Below, one piece after another: positions 36,401-50,400 of a stretch of 64,000 bases of DNA; position 1 is the first letter of the stretch; each line of letters opens with the position of its first letter. The notes beneath the pieces were generated by a model. It was not told the origin of the DNA. It saw only the letters and a program-made list of their open reading frames with translations, and searched no databases. The DNA comes from Paraphysomonas bandaiensis. Its lineage: Eukaryota; Protista; Chrysophyceae. The translations under genes were made by a program, and so were the position numbers. The stretch spans positions 9,307 through 73,306 of the forward strand of contig CBFFRP010000404.1 in NCBI GenBank assembly GCA_965644295.1, given 5' to 3'.

Positions 36401-39400
36401 AAAATTGACTTTGATAGAACCGGCTCAAGGGCAGGATCAATTTCCTCCAAGATATCCTGAAGCAACACTGGAAATCCATACTGCACGGCATTTTCGACCT
36501 CTCTCAAAAACCCAGTCATTTTCAAATCAATTATTCGCAAATTACTTCCTTCCATATTGCGTATCCATTTGTTGGCCTGCCCTTGAGGGTCGATCATCAG
36601 GGGCCATCTGTTGCCCCGGGTAGATATAACCCCATTTTCCGTCGAAAAGTCATCCTTCGGAAGTCCTTGAATATTCCAATCTCTTACATCTGTGGGTTTA
36701 GCAAGGAATGACGTAAAATCAAAGCTTTCAGTGACTGGAATCTTTTGAGTTTTCACTGAGTTCATCCAATCCTTCATAAGAGAGCTACGAAAGCTCGTTT
36801 CAAAAGGTCCAGCATACGACAAAAATGCGGCTCCAACCAAGGCGTCACCCACAACTTTGACAAGAGCTGTATTGAATCCACCGATACTGGACTGCCAACG
36901 CACATACTCTCCCGCTAAACCATTCACAAGTTTGTCGGCGCGGTCAAGTTTCGCCTCTAGACCCTCTGCTTCTTCGCGCAAATTATTCTTTTCACTGACA
37001 CTATTATCATACATTGTCTGAAGATCAGCAATCTTTTTCGATACAATTTCAAGTGCATCTTGGGCATCTTTTAAGGAAGCTTGCTTTACAGCTAAGGAAT
37101 CGGTTGCTTCCTTTAGTCTCTGACGCTTCGGTGCTACCTCCTTCGCAACATTGGCATATATGTAAATTGCATGTACCCATACACAGAGTGCCGCAGCAGC
37201 TCCCGACACCTTTTTGACCTGCTCAGGTTCAAAAGTAGGGTTATCGATATACTTTTTGATTTTATTGCTGACAGTGTTGGATACATGATCCTTGTCGTAC
37301 GATTTGATTTGCTGCAAAAAGTTCGCCTCAGACAATACTTTCTTAGCGGTTGCCCAATCAGTTGGCTTGCCGAATAAAATCATAACAGCTTGCATAACAG
37401 TTTCAACAAGCGCAGGAGGTTTGCTATAGGCTTTAACCTCTGAAACAGAACTTTTGTCGAGCTTGTCTACTTCTTCCATAGCTTTCTCCAAAGCCGGAAG
37501 AGCAATTGCTAAATCAGCCTCCGCATCATCCGAAATGGCTTTGCATTCTGCAGCCTCAAGTGCAATTCTTTCAGAGTCAGCTTCCACATTTTTGCGCTGT
37601 TCGTCTGCGACACGTCTCTCACTGACAATCTGGACAAGAAGATCTTCGCAATCCTTTTGTGCTTGTGCTACAACAACTTTCTTTACCTCCAACTCTTTCG
37701 AAAGTGTCTCTACCTGCTCCTTAGCATCTTCCAACTTAGCCAAACCATTAGCAAGCTTGCTCTGTTGTCCACCCAGTTCACCCGATTTTTCAGCAAGAAG
37801 TGACCGGTAGCCTTTAACTAGCTCTAAGTAATTAGTAGGAGTGACGTAGTTAGGGCGTTTGAGCTGTAAGAACATTTTAGACGACGCATTGATGACGCTG
37901 ATATGCATATCAGCAAAAACTGCTCCAATTTTAGATCGATAAGTTTCATCATCGAAAGATACTTCCGCCAAAAACCTCTCTGCAACCTCTTGCAATGCCT
38001 CCGCAGGCCAAGTGTGAAAGAAATCAATTGTTGTACAATTAACGAGGCCGGGATACATGCGACAACGATATCGAAGTGTATCACCAATGGGGCTCATAGC
38101 AAGCACAACATGAAGATTAGAACGAACTCTATCAATAAAGAAATTCCACAAGTTTTCAGGGGTCTCATCTAGACCAGCCTTGACAGCTGGTTTTCTAACG
38201 GAGTCCATAATAGGGCCAATTTCGTCTTTGGAGAATAAATTGGGCACGGTTCCACTTGAGAGAATGTTGTTAATATCTTCGAGAAAGCTTTCTTCCTTTA
38301 TTTGAGTATCGTTGAACAAGAATACCACTCTCTTATTATCACAGCCAGCCGTCATGTATAACTTTTTGATATCTTCTCTAAATTCGAGTAGCCTGTAGTT
38401 CTTGGATATCTCAATCGAAAAAGTAACCATGCCGGCAATGAATGCAGAAAGCCGACAGAGTGACGATCTTCCACTACCTCCAACTCCAATAAGCATGGTA
38501 TTACCGCGGGGCTGAATAATTACTCGGTGTATTCTACAAACATGAAGAATAGCATCTTTAAACATTGCTAAATCCATAGGAATTAGCTTTGGCTCCATAT
38601 TATAGTCCTCTAATTTCTCTTCGACGAATAACCTTATCTTCTTCATGTCAGTTATCTCTTCGTAAACAGCCTCGCCATCATCCCCAGCATCCTGAAGAAT
38701 AGCGCAAAAGACGGGACCTACCCTTGGGTCCACCGCTTCAGACATAACAGATCCCCAATCTTTCTGGAATGTCTCCTGCATTTTAGCGCCCAATATATCA
38801 CGAAATTTCTGTTCATCATTAGTCTTCGAACGAACAAATCTATCCGCAAATACTCGCTGACATTCATGAACCCACAACCGTAACATAGCTTCAACGCTGT
38901 ACACAGTGGCCTTGGAGGACATTAAAACACCTTGAATAACTTTGGCCACATCACGCAAGTTAAACATGTAGTGAAACTTCTCAGGAGTTGCTAAAAAGTC
39001 GGCAGATACGGATTTGTAAACCTGCAAAGTCGCAACAGCGATTCCAGCAGATAACTGTTTAATTTCATTGTCAAAAGAGTTAAACTTTGAACCCAATATG
39101 GCATCAAATATACGAACAACTTGCGAATCAGCTGGGAATGTTAAGTTCAAAACCGAAAATCGAGATTGAGTACGTTGGCAAATTGGGTTTCTCCCTCCAC
39201 CGGGGGGGCCCATTGCTGCTATCAATTGACAATCCAAAACGTACTTCCACGAACATTTGACTCTATCGTACCACCCACCATAGTCAAGCCATAGCCTTAT
39301 CAGCTCAAGGGGTGGCTGGAATGGAGATTCTATCGATGTTAATTTCGGCATATTGAAATCATCGATAAATACCACCATGTTCTTTCCACCTTGAGGCCCT

Positions 39401-42400
39401 AATTTATCCTTGGAGCGTTTCTCCATTGGACCTTCAATGATATCTTGAACAGCTGATGATGTAGTTGCTGCTGAAAAGTTTACAACTAACTGGGAAAACG
39501 TATCGGGCAGATCTTTGAGCATCGACTGGGCCAATATAGTTTTTCCGGTTCCAGTGTTTCCAATCAATAACACATTCACCTTAGATTTCATGAAAGTATC
39601 AGTCACATATGAATTTCGAGTGGTATCAACAGTAGGAACAACCATATCGTGAAATGTCATAGTTTTTTGTGGACGCCATACTGGGACCCTATTGTCCCAA
39701 GGAATGAAGTCATTCTTTGCGACATCGATGTAGAAATCGTAAGCAGTATTCGTTGCTGGAGCGATAGCATCGATATCAGTTAAGCACGCGTTAAATTTTT
39801 TTCGGCTCCCATCATTTACAGTAGCCCCAATTGACCAAACTAATGCAAAGAGAAACATCTTTTCAGCTACACTTGCATAATCACCGCCCAAAGAATCCTT
39901 CCTGAATGACGTCTCCACCTTGCACAACGAGTCGTACAAGGAGCACAGAGTGACGACAGCATTAAAATCAGATACTGGCACTGGCTGCTGGCAACTCAAC
40001 TCTCTAAACTTTAATACTTTGTCCACCCACTTCGTAAAAAAATTCTTGTGCAACTCCTTCGTCTCTTCATCCGACTCGAATGTACGATCTAACCAGCTAT
40101 TTACATAACATTCCCAACCAAGCTCTGCAGCATCAATATAAACCATACCGGCACGAGATACTGTAGCAGGAGAAGCAACTCTGAGGTCTTGTGTTTCAAA
40201 AACAAGGCTCATTGAGGTTGTGAGAGGAATTCGATCGCCATTGATGAGAGTAAGAATTTTATTGTCGTCCATAACAGAATTCATACTCTCAATCCACATA
40301 GCATCGATAGGACCATCAAAAAGAACCCACTTTTCAGTTGGCTTCTCATCCTCAGAGCACTGCTTAAAGATGGTAGACAAAATACCGTCTTTCCACTCAA
40401 ACGTGGCAAGATCATAAGCACCATATAACTCATCCAACTCAACAGACTTAGGGCTAATGACAATAGGAGTGACCGATTGAAATCCCTCCGTACCGCGCTT
40501 ACAAAGTGTTGACTGTGCTGCAGCTAATATCTTCCATGCAGTGGATTTACCACCCATCGGATCTCCAACGAGCATATTACAATGTCTTGTCAGTCTTGAA
40601 TCGTAGAATTGAAATATTTTTTGCATTAAGAATTCATGCTTTTGTAACTTTGACTTTGATAACTCCGCTTCAACCGCTTCTTGGAGCACTCCATACTCAG
40701 AAATAGGGAGCTCCAGGCTTGGAAAGAGGTCTCCCAATAGAAGCCTGAAAAGCCTTTCGTCATCCTTAATAAACTTCGGTAAATTCATATCACGAAGCGC
40801 TCGCATTAAAATCGTCTCCTCACTAAGATTGGGGTCGTTGCGTTTTAATTGCCCAGCCATATTCAACACAGCTTTTAGGTTTCGAAGACCATAATCGTAG
40901 TGATCTTGCTTTGATAACTGCTGAACCATAAGACTGTACAGCGTCACAGTTTTCTTGGCCATCACTCTAGCTTCATTAAATCCTTCTGATGCAAGCATGA
41001 CTTCCGCAATCATGGTAAGGTCAGGGGCCATCATCGCCACTGGTCTCATTAGCGCTTTGAGATTATCAGGCAGCTCAGTTCTCCCAGCATACCCTGGATT
41101 CATTGTGATAAAAACTCCGCAATTTGGATTACATGGGATATTGGCGCCCATGAAAGAAAAGGAAGGCACTTTCGCAGACAATGCGTTTAATATGGACAAA
41201 ATCTGCATCGCCACAACAGATATAACTTCGATTTTAATTCGATTGAACTCATCAAAGCATCCCCAGGAACCTGACTGTACAAGACCTGAAAATATTCTTC
41301 CCACACTCTTGTAGTCCATACCATCAGAGCAGTTGATAACGACTACATATTTCGCAAGATTCTTTCCGAGATCTTTTACTGTCTCAGTCTTACCAGTTCC
41401 TGCCGGTCCCAACGGATTGCCACCTCTGTTCAGATACATGGCAGTTATCAGTGTCAACACGCATCTGTCTGTCAGTGGAGTGACCACTAGTCTGCCATTG
41501 TTGCCCTGGTACTCATAGCTGTATTCTAACACTGAGTTCGTCTGGCGTACCTCACAGGTGCCAAACTCACCGCTGTCCTTGTGAAATAGAAATCTTAATT
41601 GTGAGAGCCACTCGAAATCGGATACACTTGTACAGTTGGCTTTAACCATTCTCTCAATTACATCACGGTTATGAATTTCCATAGTGATAAGAGCAACCAC
41701 TTTGTTTCGCTCAACTTTCGAGAGAGACCCACGAATAAGAGCTGTCATCTTATTTAGGTAAGACACCTGCTTTTTCTTCTGCTGACGTAGGGCCCCCTTC
41801 GACCCACTTGATATCGCAACCAAGGCCTTAGTACAATCAGCGGTCCACATGATAGACCCTGTGGTAATCAGAAGTTGACCAATGGTATCGCGTACCCACT
41901 TTTCTTTTTTCCCTTTGTAACCAACAACAGCAATACTCAATAGTTTGGAAATTGCGCGTCTCATAGCTTTCTCAACCTGCACAAGCCACAATTCCACAGC
42001 TCCGTCTATAACAACATTATCAGCGAATGGAGCAGATTCTCCATCAGGAGAATGCATCATACTGGCTTCGTACACTTTACTTGCTGCACTTGGAGGAATC
42101 ATTTTTAGGCCCTTTATACCTTCGAAGCACTTCTTAATATGTTTTTGAACTGCCATAGGGTCACGACTCTGACCAAGAATCTCCAATAAGTCATCATCAG
42201 ATACGAAATAAAATCTTGGGAAAACCATTCGCTTCGTTTCGAGATATTGGTCTAAACTCTTTTGGATCTTTTCCAAACCTTCGTCCATAGAGTTAATCGC
42301 TGCTAGCAAGCCAGGTTGAAGACAGCTTCTTTGAGCGTTTGGATCATTATGAAAAATCGTCATTACCCTAACAAACTCGTTGTTGACGCCAACAAAGAGA

Positions 42401-45400
42401 GAATGCTCCTCTGGTAGCTGCTTTGCGATATCCCCGCCAGACATAAATATTGACTCCAAGTATATCCACTTTCTCTGCACAGCCAGTAGACTTTCAACAA
42501 CTTCTGATATGGTGCTGAGGGTTTTCTCCCACTGATCTATACGTGAGGAAAACGACCCATAGAACTTTGAAGCTTTAATAGTCGATAATGCGACTGAGTC
42601 GTCTTCGAGAAACTGAGTGATGTCATCAGTCGATTTCAACTTAAAGTACTTGTCTTTGTATGCACCAATCTCTAGTATGATATCGGCCCATCGAGTCTCC
42701 AGGTCATTCAATGCAACTTCGATGGCTAATTCCTTGTTAGCATTGGCTGAAAGTTCACCAATAAATTCTGCATGAGCATTGAGGCCCAACTTTACCACTT
42801 CACTCAATGTAAAAGTCGGGCTAGAGGGATCAAACTCTATACCAACTCTTTCTTGAAGCGCAACCCAATGGCGTGGTCTCATAGCCTTGCTTCGCAAATC
42901 CTGAATCAGAGGAATAGTTTCCCTGAATTTATCCAATTCAGACTTCATATGTTCCCAAATTTTCCAACGCTTTATTTCCCTTCCTAACTTACCCACGCGT
43001 TTCAGGTATCCTCCCAGAACAGTTTCCAGCTCTTCAACGTTGAGCTCACCAAACTGACCATTTTTCCATCCATCCCAGCTCTTCGTCCATTCAATATTGA
43101 TATTCCAAATTTGACTTAATAGATCCAAATCTTTCTCAGTAGCTTCTAAATCCTTGAATTCGGGTCTCTTGATACCAAATATGGATAATCCTTCCGACAG
43201 AGCCTGCTCTCTATCGCGAGCTTTCTCAATACGTGCTTTGTATGCTTCAATTTGTGCTAATGCATCCTCTGCTTTCCTTTCACTACTGAAAGGAAGTTCC
43301 ACCTGAGCAGTTGATCTCATTTCTGAAATCTGTGAAGTGTAATTATCCATTTGCGACTCCAAGTCACGCTTCATGGTAACTTTGCTCTTATCTAATAGCT
43401 TTTCAGCATCCGATAGCATACGAATATAGTTGTCAAACGCGTCATCTAAAGTGTTTAACATAGCCATCTCGTCTTCTGATATAGGTACGTCAAATTTGTT
43501 GAGAGTGTTGAATACTTCTCGCACTGGTTCGAAGCGAGCCTTAGTCTGTGGGAGTTGATCTTTGAGCTCTTTACACATAGCCAGCTTCGCACTGAGTTCA
43601 CCCAAAGATGTAGGTGCCGTCGTAAGGTTATCAGAGCTGCGCTGGAACATATTAAATATTTCTTTTAATTCCGCTGCACCTGTTTGATTTAACAAACCAG
43701 ACAGTTTATTCTGACACTGTAAGCAGTGGCCAACTAGAGAGTCCTTCAGAGTAGTGCAGTCTACCCGGACAAAATTTATAGTATGACTTATGGCCTCTCC
43801 TTGAATTTCAGTTTGCTGGTTTCGATACCTGTAATAACGCCATCAATATAACCAACTCACATTACGTTTCGCTATCATACCTCGATATATCCGCGTCAAA
43901 CTGTACTGGCCCACGATTAGCTTTGGCATATTTGCGAATGAATGTATCTTTATCCATTTCCCACAAACCTTTGTACTTGTCCCAGTACGATAGATATTTC
44001 TGAAGCTCTGTCGCGGTAGACGACATCCCGTTCATTACTTGCACAACAACACGAAGAATATCGTTGTCGTCACTTATGACATCAGAGTATGAAGGCACTT
44101 GTGCGGTGCTTGCAGCTACGGGCTCGTCTTCCAATTTTTCTTCAGCGGGAAGTGTAAATACTTGTGTTTTCATTCTTGGGACACATTGAGTGATACTAAT
44201 AATATCTTTGGCAACAATATTTACACTGTGGGTAAGATTCACAATAGAAGGCTTGTAAGTGACTGCTGCCCGATTGGGATCAAGTATCACTCGAATTGTG
44301 AAAAGCGTGTGCGGATCTGTCTTAGAATCACCATTGATTGCCTTCGAGAGTTCCTGCAAAGACCGCTTTACAGCGTGCTTCAGGCCTTGCTCCAGGGCCT
44401 TGTCAACCTGCGATATTTGCGATTTCCATTCGCGCTGAACTTCTGGAGAACCATCTCGGAAATTCACGTATATACTCCTCAAAGTATTTAGCATCTTTTG
44501 AAACCCCGTTTCGAACTGTTCAATTACAGAGGCACGGTGAGCCTCCTGACGAGCTTCAAAAACGCTCTCTTCATATACAACATTTTTATCTACTTTCAGA
44601 AGTAGTGTGGTACTAATCTGCCTACAAATGCGAGCAGTTAAGTTCTTTCCTTCCTTGAACTCCCGCACGACTGCATGGACCTCCTGACAGTGATTGCAAC
44701 AATCCCGCACATAGATGTCAATCATATTCTTGGACTGCCAAGTCAGTTTAGTAAGTCCTTGATTAATGCGTCTGTCAAGGCGCCGAATATGATCGACAAA
44801 GAGACGTCTTTCCTCGCTAGTAACATTGCGAATGATGTCATTGTACGATCGAACAAGGAGCATCACGTGTTCGCGCATCACCCGGAGCTGCTCCTTCATA
44901 TTGCATATGTCGTGCGCAACGTATGGAATGGTAAATCCACCACCATGAAACTTTTCCCAGTAATTGACCTCTGAGAATAGCGCTAGTAGCTCTTCATCGA
45001 AATTACACAAAATCTCTGTACTTCCCTTCTGCTGACCATCGTGGTTGACACGTCGAAGAAGTGGTTTATCGAGTCGCAAATGAAGTCCATTATCTTTCGC
45101 CTTTTCGTTCAGCTGCTCAATCCAGCACTTATACCTAAAACAACATAAACACAAAAGCATGATGCACTCTTTCGAAATACCTTGCTGATTTGAAATCAGA
45201 GATAACCGACATGAGGGCAAGGTGGGCATCCTTCGCCTCTTCCGAATCTCGGCTTGAGAGAATGTGGTCAAGCCGCATTATCATCTCGAAGTTCTCCTTC
45301 ACATTCGCTGCAAGGCCATGTGCCCACAGGGCAGAGCCGGCGTATTGAGGCTCGTGTATACGCAGGGGAGGCGTCAAGCGCTGCTGTTCAAACTCTGTCC

Positions 45401-47096
45401 GCGCTGCTGCGACCTGTTTCATGAAAAGATGATGCATATCACTTGCTTTTCGTTCTATGCAGCGGTGAATCGCATCTCTCTTCGCAAGCTGGTAAAAGGT
45501 TTCTGTAAGCAGCACACCCTCGGTGACAGTCGAAATATTCTCAAAGGCAGAGTTGATAACGTTCGTGAACATGACCTCTAAGTCTTTGACAGCATTTTTG
45601 AAGAGGTTGTAATCGTCGTGCCACTTGCTGACACGTACATCCAGGGCGTTGTAGTCAAGGTTGCGAAGACGATCAACCTGTTGCTCGAAAGAGTGTTGGA
45701 TACCGACCAAGCCATCCACAATCTCTTGTGCTTTAGTTCCACCAAACTGAGGCAGAGGGCCAGGTTGCCCCCCAGTGGCTGATGATTTGCGAACGAACTG
45801 AATTTGACTTTCGCACACCTCAATAAGATCTCTGCAGCGCTGCACAAACGCATCAATCTGAGCAAAAATACTAGCGTCATCAATATCCCAAACTCTGCCA
45901 TATCTATTCTTTTGTCGCTCGATAGCCGCCACTGTGCGATGATATATGGACTTCCACTCCATTCCACAGTGGATGCTGTCTTGTAAACGTTGTATACAAA
46001 ACTCCACATCTCCATTTAGAACCTCACTGATAGATACATGTTGTCTGAATCGGCGAATTATTTCATTGCTAACCTTTCTTAATATGCCACAGACCCTGTC
46101 TTCTGTGTTATAAAATTGTGAGAAGGACCAGATGAGTCGGATGCGATGTAAAAGGTCCGGAAGAACATTGACCACTTCCTCGGCTGGTGTCTCGCGCAAA
46201 GCAGTGCATTGCTCACGAATACTTTCCAAATACTTCAGGTTATCGTTTGCTTCCGCTGCCCTGGTAACAATCTGGTTTGTGAGCATGTCAAACGGCTCAA
46301 TGTAATTGGACTTGGCGTACTGAAGTACTTCGATTATTCTTCGTACAGAGCTGCTAAGCAACTGCTCCTGAATTCCAAGAAGATCTTGTGTACGACCATT
46401 CCAAAATTCTATTTCATCCAGAGGACCACTACTCTCAGCTGAAGCAGAGTTGTCGTGATTGTTGACAACATCTTTTATTTGCCTCGTCCAGTGAATAACA
46501 ACAGACTCCATTATTTGGACAAGGTCCTTATTTAATGCTGCTTCGCTAATATTTTGAAAGTCAAACTTCGGGCAGTATAAAATCGTTTTCTTATCAGAAA
46601 AGTGAACAGTGTCAGTAAGAGTCGCCATACATTTGTGAAAGTGACCAGTGAGTTCGTTTCGGGCACCGTCCGTCAATGCTTGATTTTGTGACACTTGTTT
46701 TTCTACGAGTCCTTTCATCATTCTCTCCAATGAAGTCATAGACAAACCACCAACTGACCCAAACTGTATTTCTTGGGATATATTAGACATCGTCAACATT
46801 GGAATATTTGGACGCAAAAAATATGCTTGAAGACCCGTAAGTTCGACCTGTACACCTGAATCATCCACAGTAAACACGACATCATCATCATCACGACGAA
46901 CAACTGATAAAGTTTTTGGTCCTTCACCAGATATAAAATTAATTATAGCAGCATTTCCATCTTCTGATTTCGCAATATCGCCATATCCGAATAGTTCTAA
47001 TCTCTTTCCCACCCATGCAACAAAGTTATCATAGTTAGTGGTGTCAGCTGTGTCGTTATTCGTATTCCCGTTCTCTACATCCGCTCCTTCTGCCAT
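33490..47096 (-). CDS. DNAH2: Axonemal inner-arm I1/f dynein beta heavy chain, ~4502 aa; introns 45135-45180 and 43829-43880
   Basis: P-loops GPAGTGKT, GDPMGGKS, GNTGTGKT, GVGGSGRS; long DHC_N1 tail (GPLDEIEFW, IFAQIDAFVQRC); C-terminus YPVRTGTRERPSF...WTKRGVALLL resembles I1-beta (Chlamydomonas DHC10). Confidence 0.93.
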
Positions 47097-48413
47097 GGTA
47101 ACAACAAATGCTGTTCTTCCTGACTAGAAATGAGGGATATTGAAGGGGTTAATTATATATTGGTGTGTAGAGAGATGGTTTTGAATGGAATGCCTTGCTG
47201 GTCTCACTATACACACACACACACACAGGTGGATCTGCTCTACAGTGTATCTCATACAGTACAGTCAAGTCCCACATGCTGCATAGAGTAGCACGAGAGG
47301 TTAGCTATACGGATATACGTACACTACAATCACACACACCTGCTACTGTAACTGGCGAAGTATTTTTGATGAAACTGCCCGGAGGGGTACACAGCAACTC
47401 GACTACCCATACACTCTCGAGTGCTACTGTATTATGTTGTATACTGCTAATACATACACAGCAGTGCAGTATCCAGCTATAGATATCTAGATATGGATGC
47501 GGATAGACATGCATAGTTATCACTGTAATATGGAGGCAGAGAGATAGGAGGGACAGACCAGTATTGTGATCAAGAAACACTATCATCCAGATGGGACGGA
47601 CCATCCATGCCCCTGCTACAGCACTACCCTTCAATATTACTCTCAAGTGATGTCTTTCATCATCAATAAAACTCAGCCGGATTCAGTCGTATGTTCATAT
47701 ATACATGCGGCATCCCCCGCTAAGGGGATAGATAGATAGGGCTAAGGTGTATGCTTGAGGAGCTCATAGGGAGTAAAGACATACAGCACCGTCATAATTC
47801 AAACGAATGCTATGTGTTCTAAGCGATATGGAGCTACAGGGCCGGTAACATGGTACGCCTTCTAACTGATGCGCTTTCTCCCTTCGTCAGACATTGTTCC
47901 CTCATGAATAGCCAGATAGTAATGAGGCCTTGATACCCACCATAGGGCAACTCTTAAATGATTGTGATGAAATTTTCCGCATGTCCGTTTAAATGCCCTT
48001 CACACTTGTATCAAGCTGCTGCATTCTGTATTAAATTGATATGTTCTTAAATATACTGCAATAGAAAACGAAAGTTCTACAAGAAGTACGTTGTTTTAAT
48101 AATATTTGCAATGAATAAGCATGAATGAGTTAAATTTTGTTCGATAGATGGACTTCTCAAATTATTACACAATATTGTTTCATATACTATATACAATATA
48201 CAGTATACCACAAGAGTGCATCGACTTCAGTGATTATACATTTGAATAGTATATGAGTACTATGATATAAACATTTCAACAAAATCAAAGTACACGCATC
48301 ATAAAATAAATCATAGATAGATATTTTGAACATCTATTTCATATGCCCATTTGTGTTATTTCCAACGGATATAAAACCTTGTTGATCTTGTTGTCAATCA
48401 AAACAGTATTAGT

Positions 48414-49420
48414 TGTAAATGTCTTATTATTACCATTAGGCGTTTAGGAGTCATTACTTAACTCTAATATCCTATTAGTTAACGCTACGAAAGCTGCTTG
48501 TGCGTCACCAAGGTGCAACCACTTTCTCTCTATCACTCAAAGCAAACGGCGTGAGCAAGCAGAATGTTGATATACCTGACATCTGCTCACTTCAGGATTT
48601 CTGAGTCTTTGAGGTGAACAGCCCGAATGCTTCACTTCAGCAGGCAGCCCAATACCCTGGATGCCCTTGAGGTGGACCCATTCCCGGATGTATGTTTATT
48701 CGTCAAGGCCCAAAGACGCCTACACAAGTGACACTTATTTTAGTGTCCCTTGTACCACATAAGCATTTGGCTATGAGAGGGCAGAACAATATCTGCTGAC
48801 AATATATGCGACTCACGTTAGTTTCCTGTTTCTCCGGTACTTATCCCCCAGAACACTACGTATTATATTGAAAGTCTTTTATTTAGCAATAGGCGTTAAA
48901 AACCTGCACCGATTTAGTAGCTAGATGAATGCTAGACAAACTAGTGAGACCTCTACCTGTAACTAATCAGTACAAACTCTATTATCCTACTATTTAACGC
49001 TACGAAAGCTGCTTGTGCGTCGCCGCAAGCACCAAGGTGCAACCACTTCCGTTCTGAGTTCTTAAGGTGAACATCCCGGATGCTTGACTTCAGCAGGCAG
49101 CCCAATACCCCGGTTACCCTTCAGGTGGGCCCTGTCCCGGATGCCCTTGAGGTGGGCCCATTTCCGGATGCCTGTTTATTCGTCAGGGCCCAAAGACGTC
49201 TACACAAGTGACACACTTATTGGTGTCCCTTGTACCACACAAGCATTCGGCTATGAGTGGGCAGAACAACATCTGCTGACTATGTTTGCGGCTCACGTTA
49301 GTTTCCCAGAGAGAATCTCTCCGGTACTTATCCCCCAGAACACCACGAAAAGGTGCGAGTCCGACTTTGTTGAGGGAGAACACTACGAAAAGGTGCGAGT
49401 CCGACTTTGTTGAGAGGTAG
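48414..49420 (-). mobile_element. Two nested copies of the retroposon-like family; inner copy 48861-49376 flanked by an 11-bp direct repeat
   Basis: AGAACACTACG at 48850-48860 and 49377-49387; the outer copy resumes colinearly after the second repeat. Confidence 0.85.
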
Positions 49421-50400
49421 TATATAGTATATAGTGTGTTGTGAACAATCGCAGTATACCATATACCATGCTGAGTTCTGGCTATTAATGAACAATTGAA
49501 AGCTATTTTCTAATTTTTTTAAATTAAAACAGTTGAACAAAAAATACAGCAGCTGTAGAAAGTTTTACATTAATTGATGAAGTGCTGTGAACTATGTTCT
49601 ATGTTTCACAAAATGAAATATATTGATTATATGGGATCGCGTCTAAAAAAGATCGTAAATATGTGGATTGGTAGTGATGAAGACTGAAGACTATCAATGC
49701 AGTACATAACAATGAATAAAGAGAAGTGATATTTACAATTTTAACTAATTGAGAGTGTGCTGTGTTCAAATTTAGCCACTTACTTTTAAGGTTGAAGTCG
49801 TTCAATAAAACACCCATATTACAGCCAGGAAGATATATAGCCTTATATTAACCAGGTAGAGAACATACAATCACACTACGACAGCTCACCAACTTGAAAA
49901 AGCTTTCAATATTAATAGACTTGGCGTCGGCATATCATACGGAAAATATTCATTTTAATCTTGGAATATATTTAACTGCCTCTAGGTCAAAATATAAAAA
50001 CTCGGGCTTACGCAACGCCTGTACGAGTGGCTGTTCGCCCTCGTTTCGAATTGACCGCGGGACAAAATAGCCTCCTTATGACCCGTGGTGAAATATAACT
50101 ATATCTACTACAACTGGTCGTACTCGATTCTAGAGGGGGCAATGAATAGAATACAAACACTAAACAGTGGTTTCATGCACTACCGTACCGACCAATATCA
50201 ACTTTTAAAGCTAGTAAACCAAATTCAGATAAGTAAGAAGCAGCTCTATTCCACGGACAAACCAGACAATCCAATGTGCACAAATTATGATCATCTGTCA
50301 CATTGATAGCTCCCCCATTCAATGAAAGAGAAACAGATGCAATGACACAAGCCTGGTCAGCTACAGCAGGTATTAGTTAACGAATAGCAATCATATATAT

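Noticed and set aside
43696-45271. Dynein split into three ORFs, suggesting frameshifts or a pseudogene
   Set aside because: Two canonical GT-AG introns restore one 4503-codon frame
49155-49195. CTGACGA...GAAA on the minus strand of the retroposon as a ribozyme
   Set aside because: No stem II pairing, and the motif is not conserved in the sister copies
49084-49413. 109-aa ORF in the repeat, plus the many short antisense ORFs overlapping genes
   Set aside because: The frame is not conserved between repeat copies; antisense ORFs are shadows of real CDSs with no motifs
49337-49416. Apparent 40-bp tandem duplication
   Set aside because: Better explained as the junction of a nested insertion with its target-site duplication
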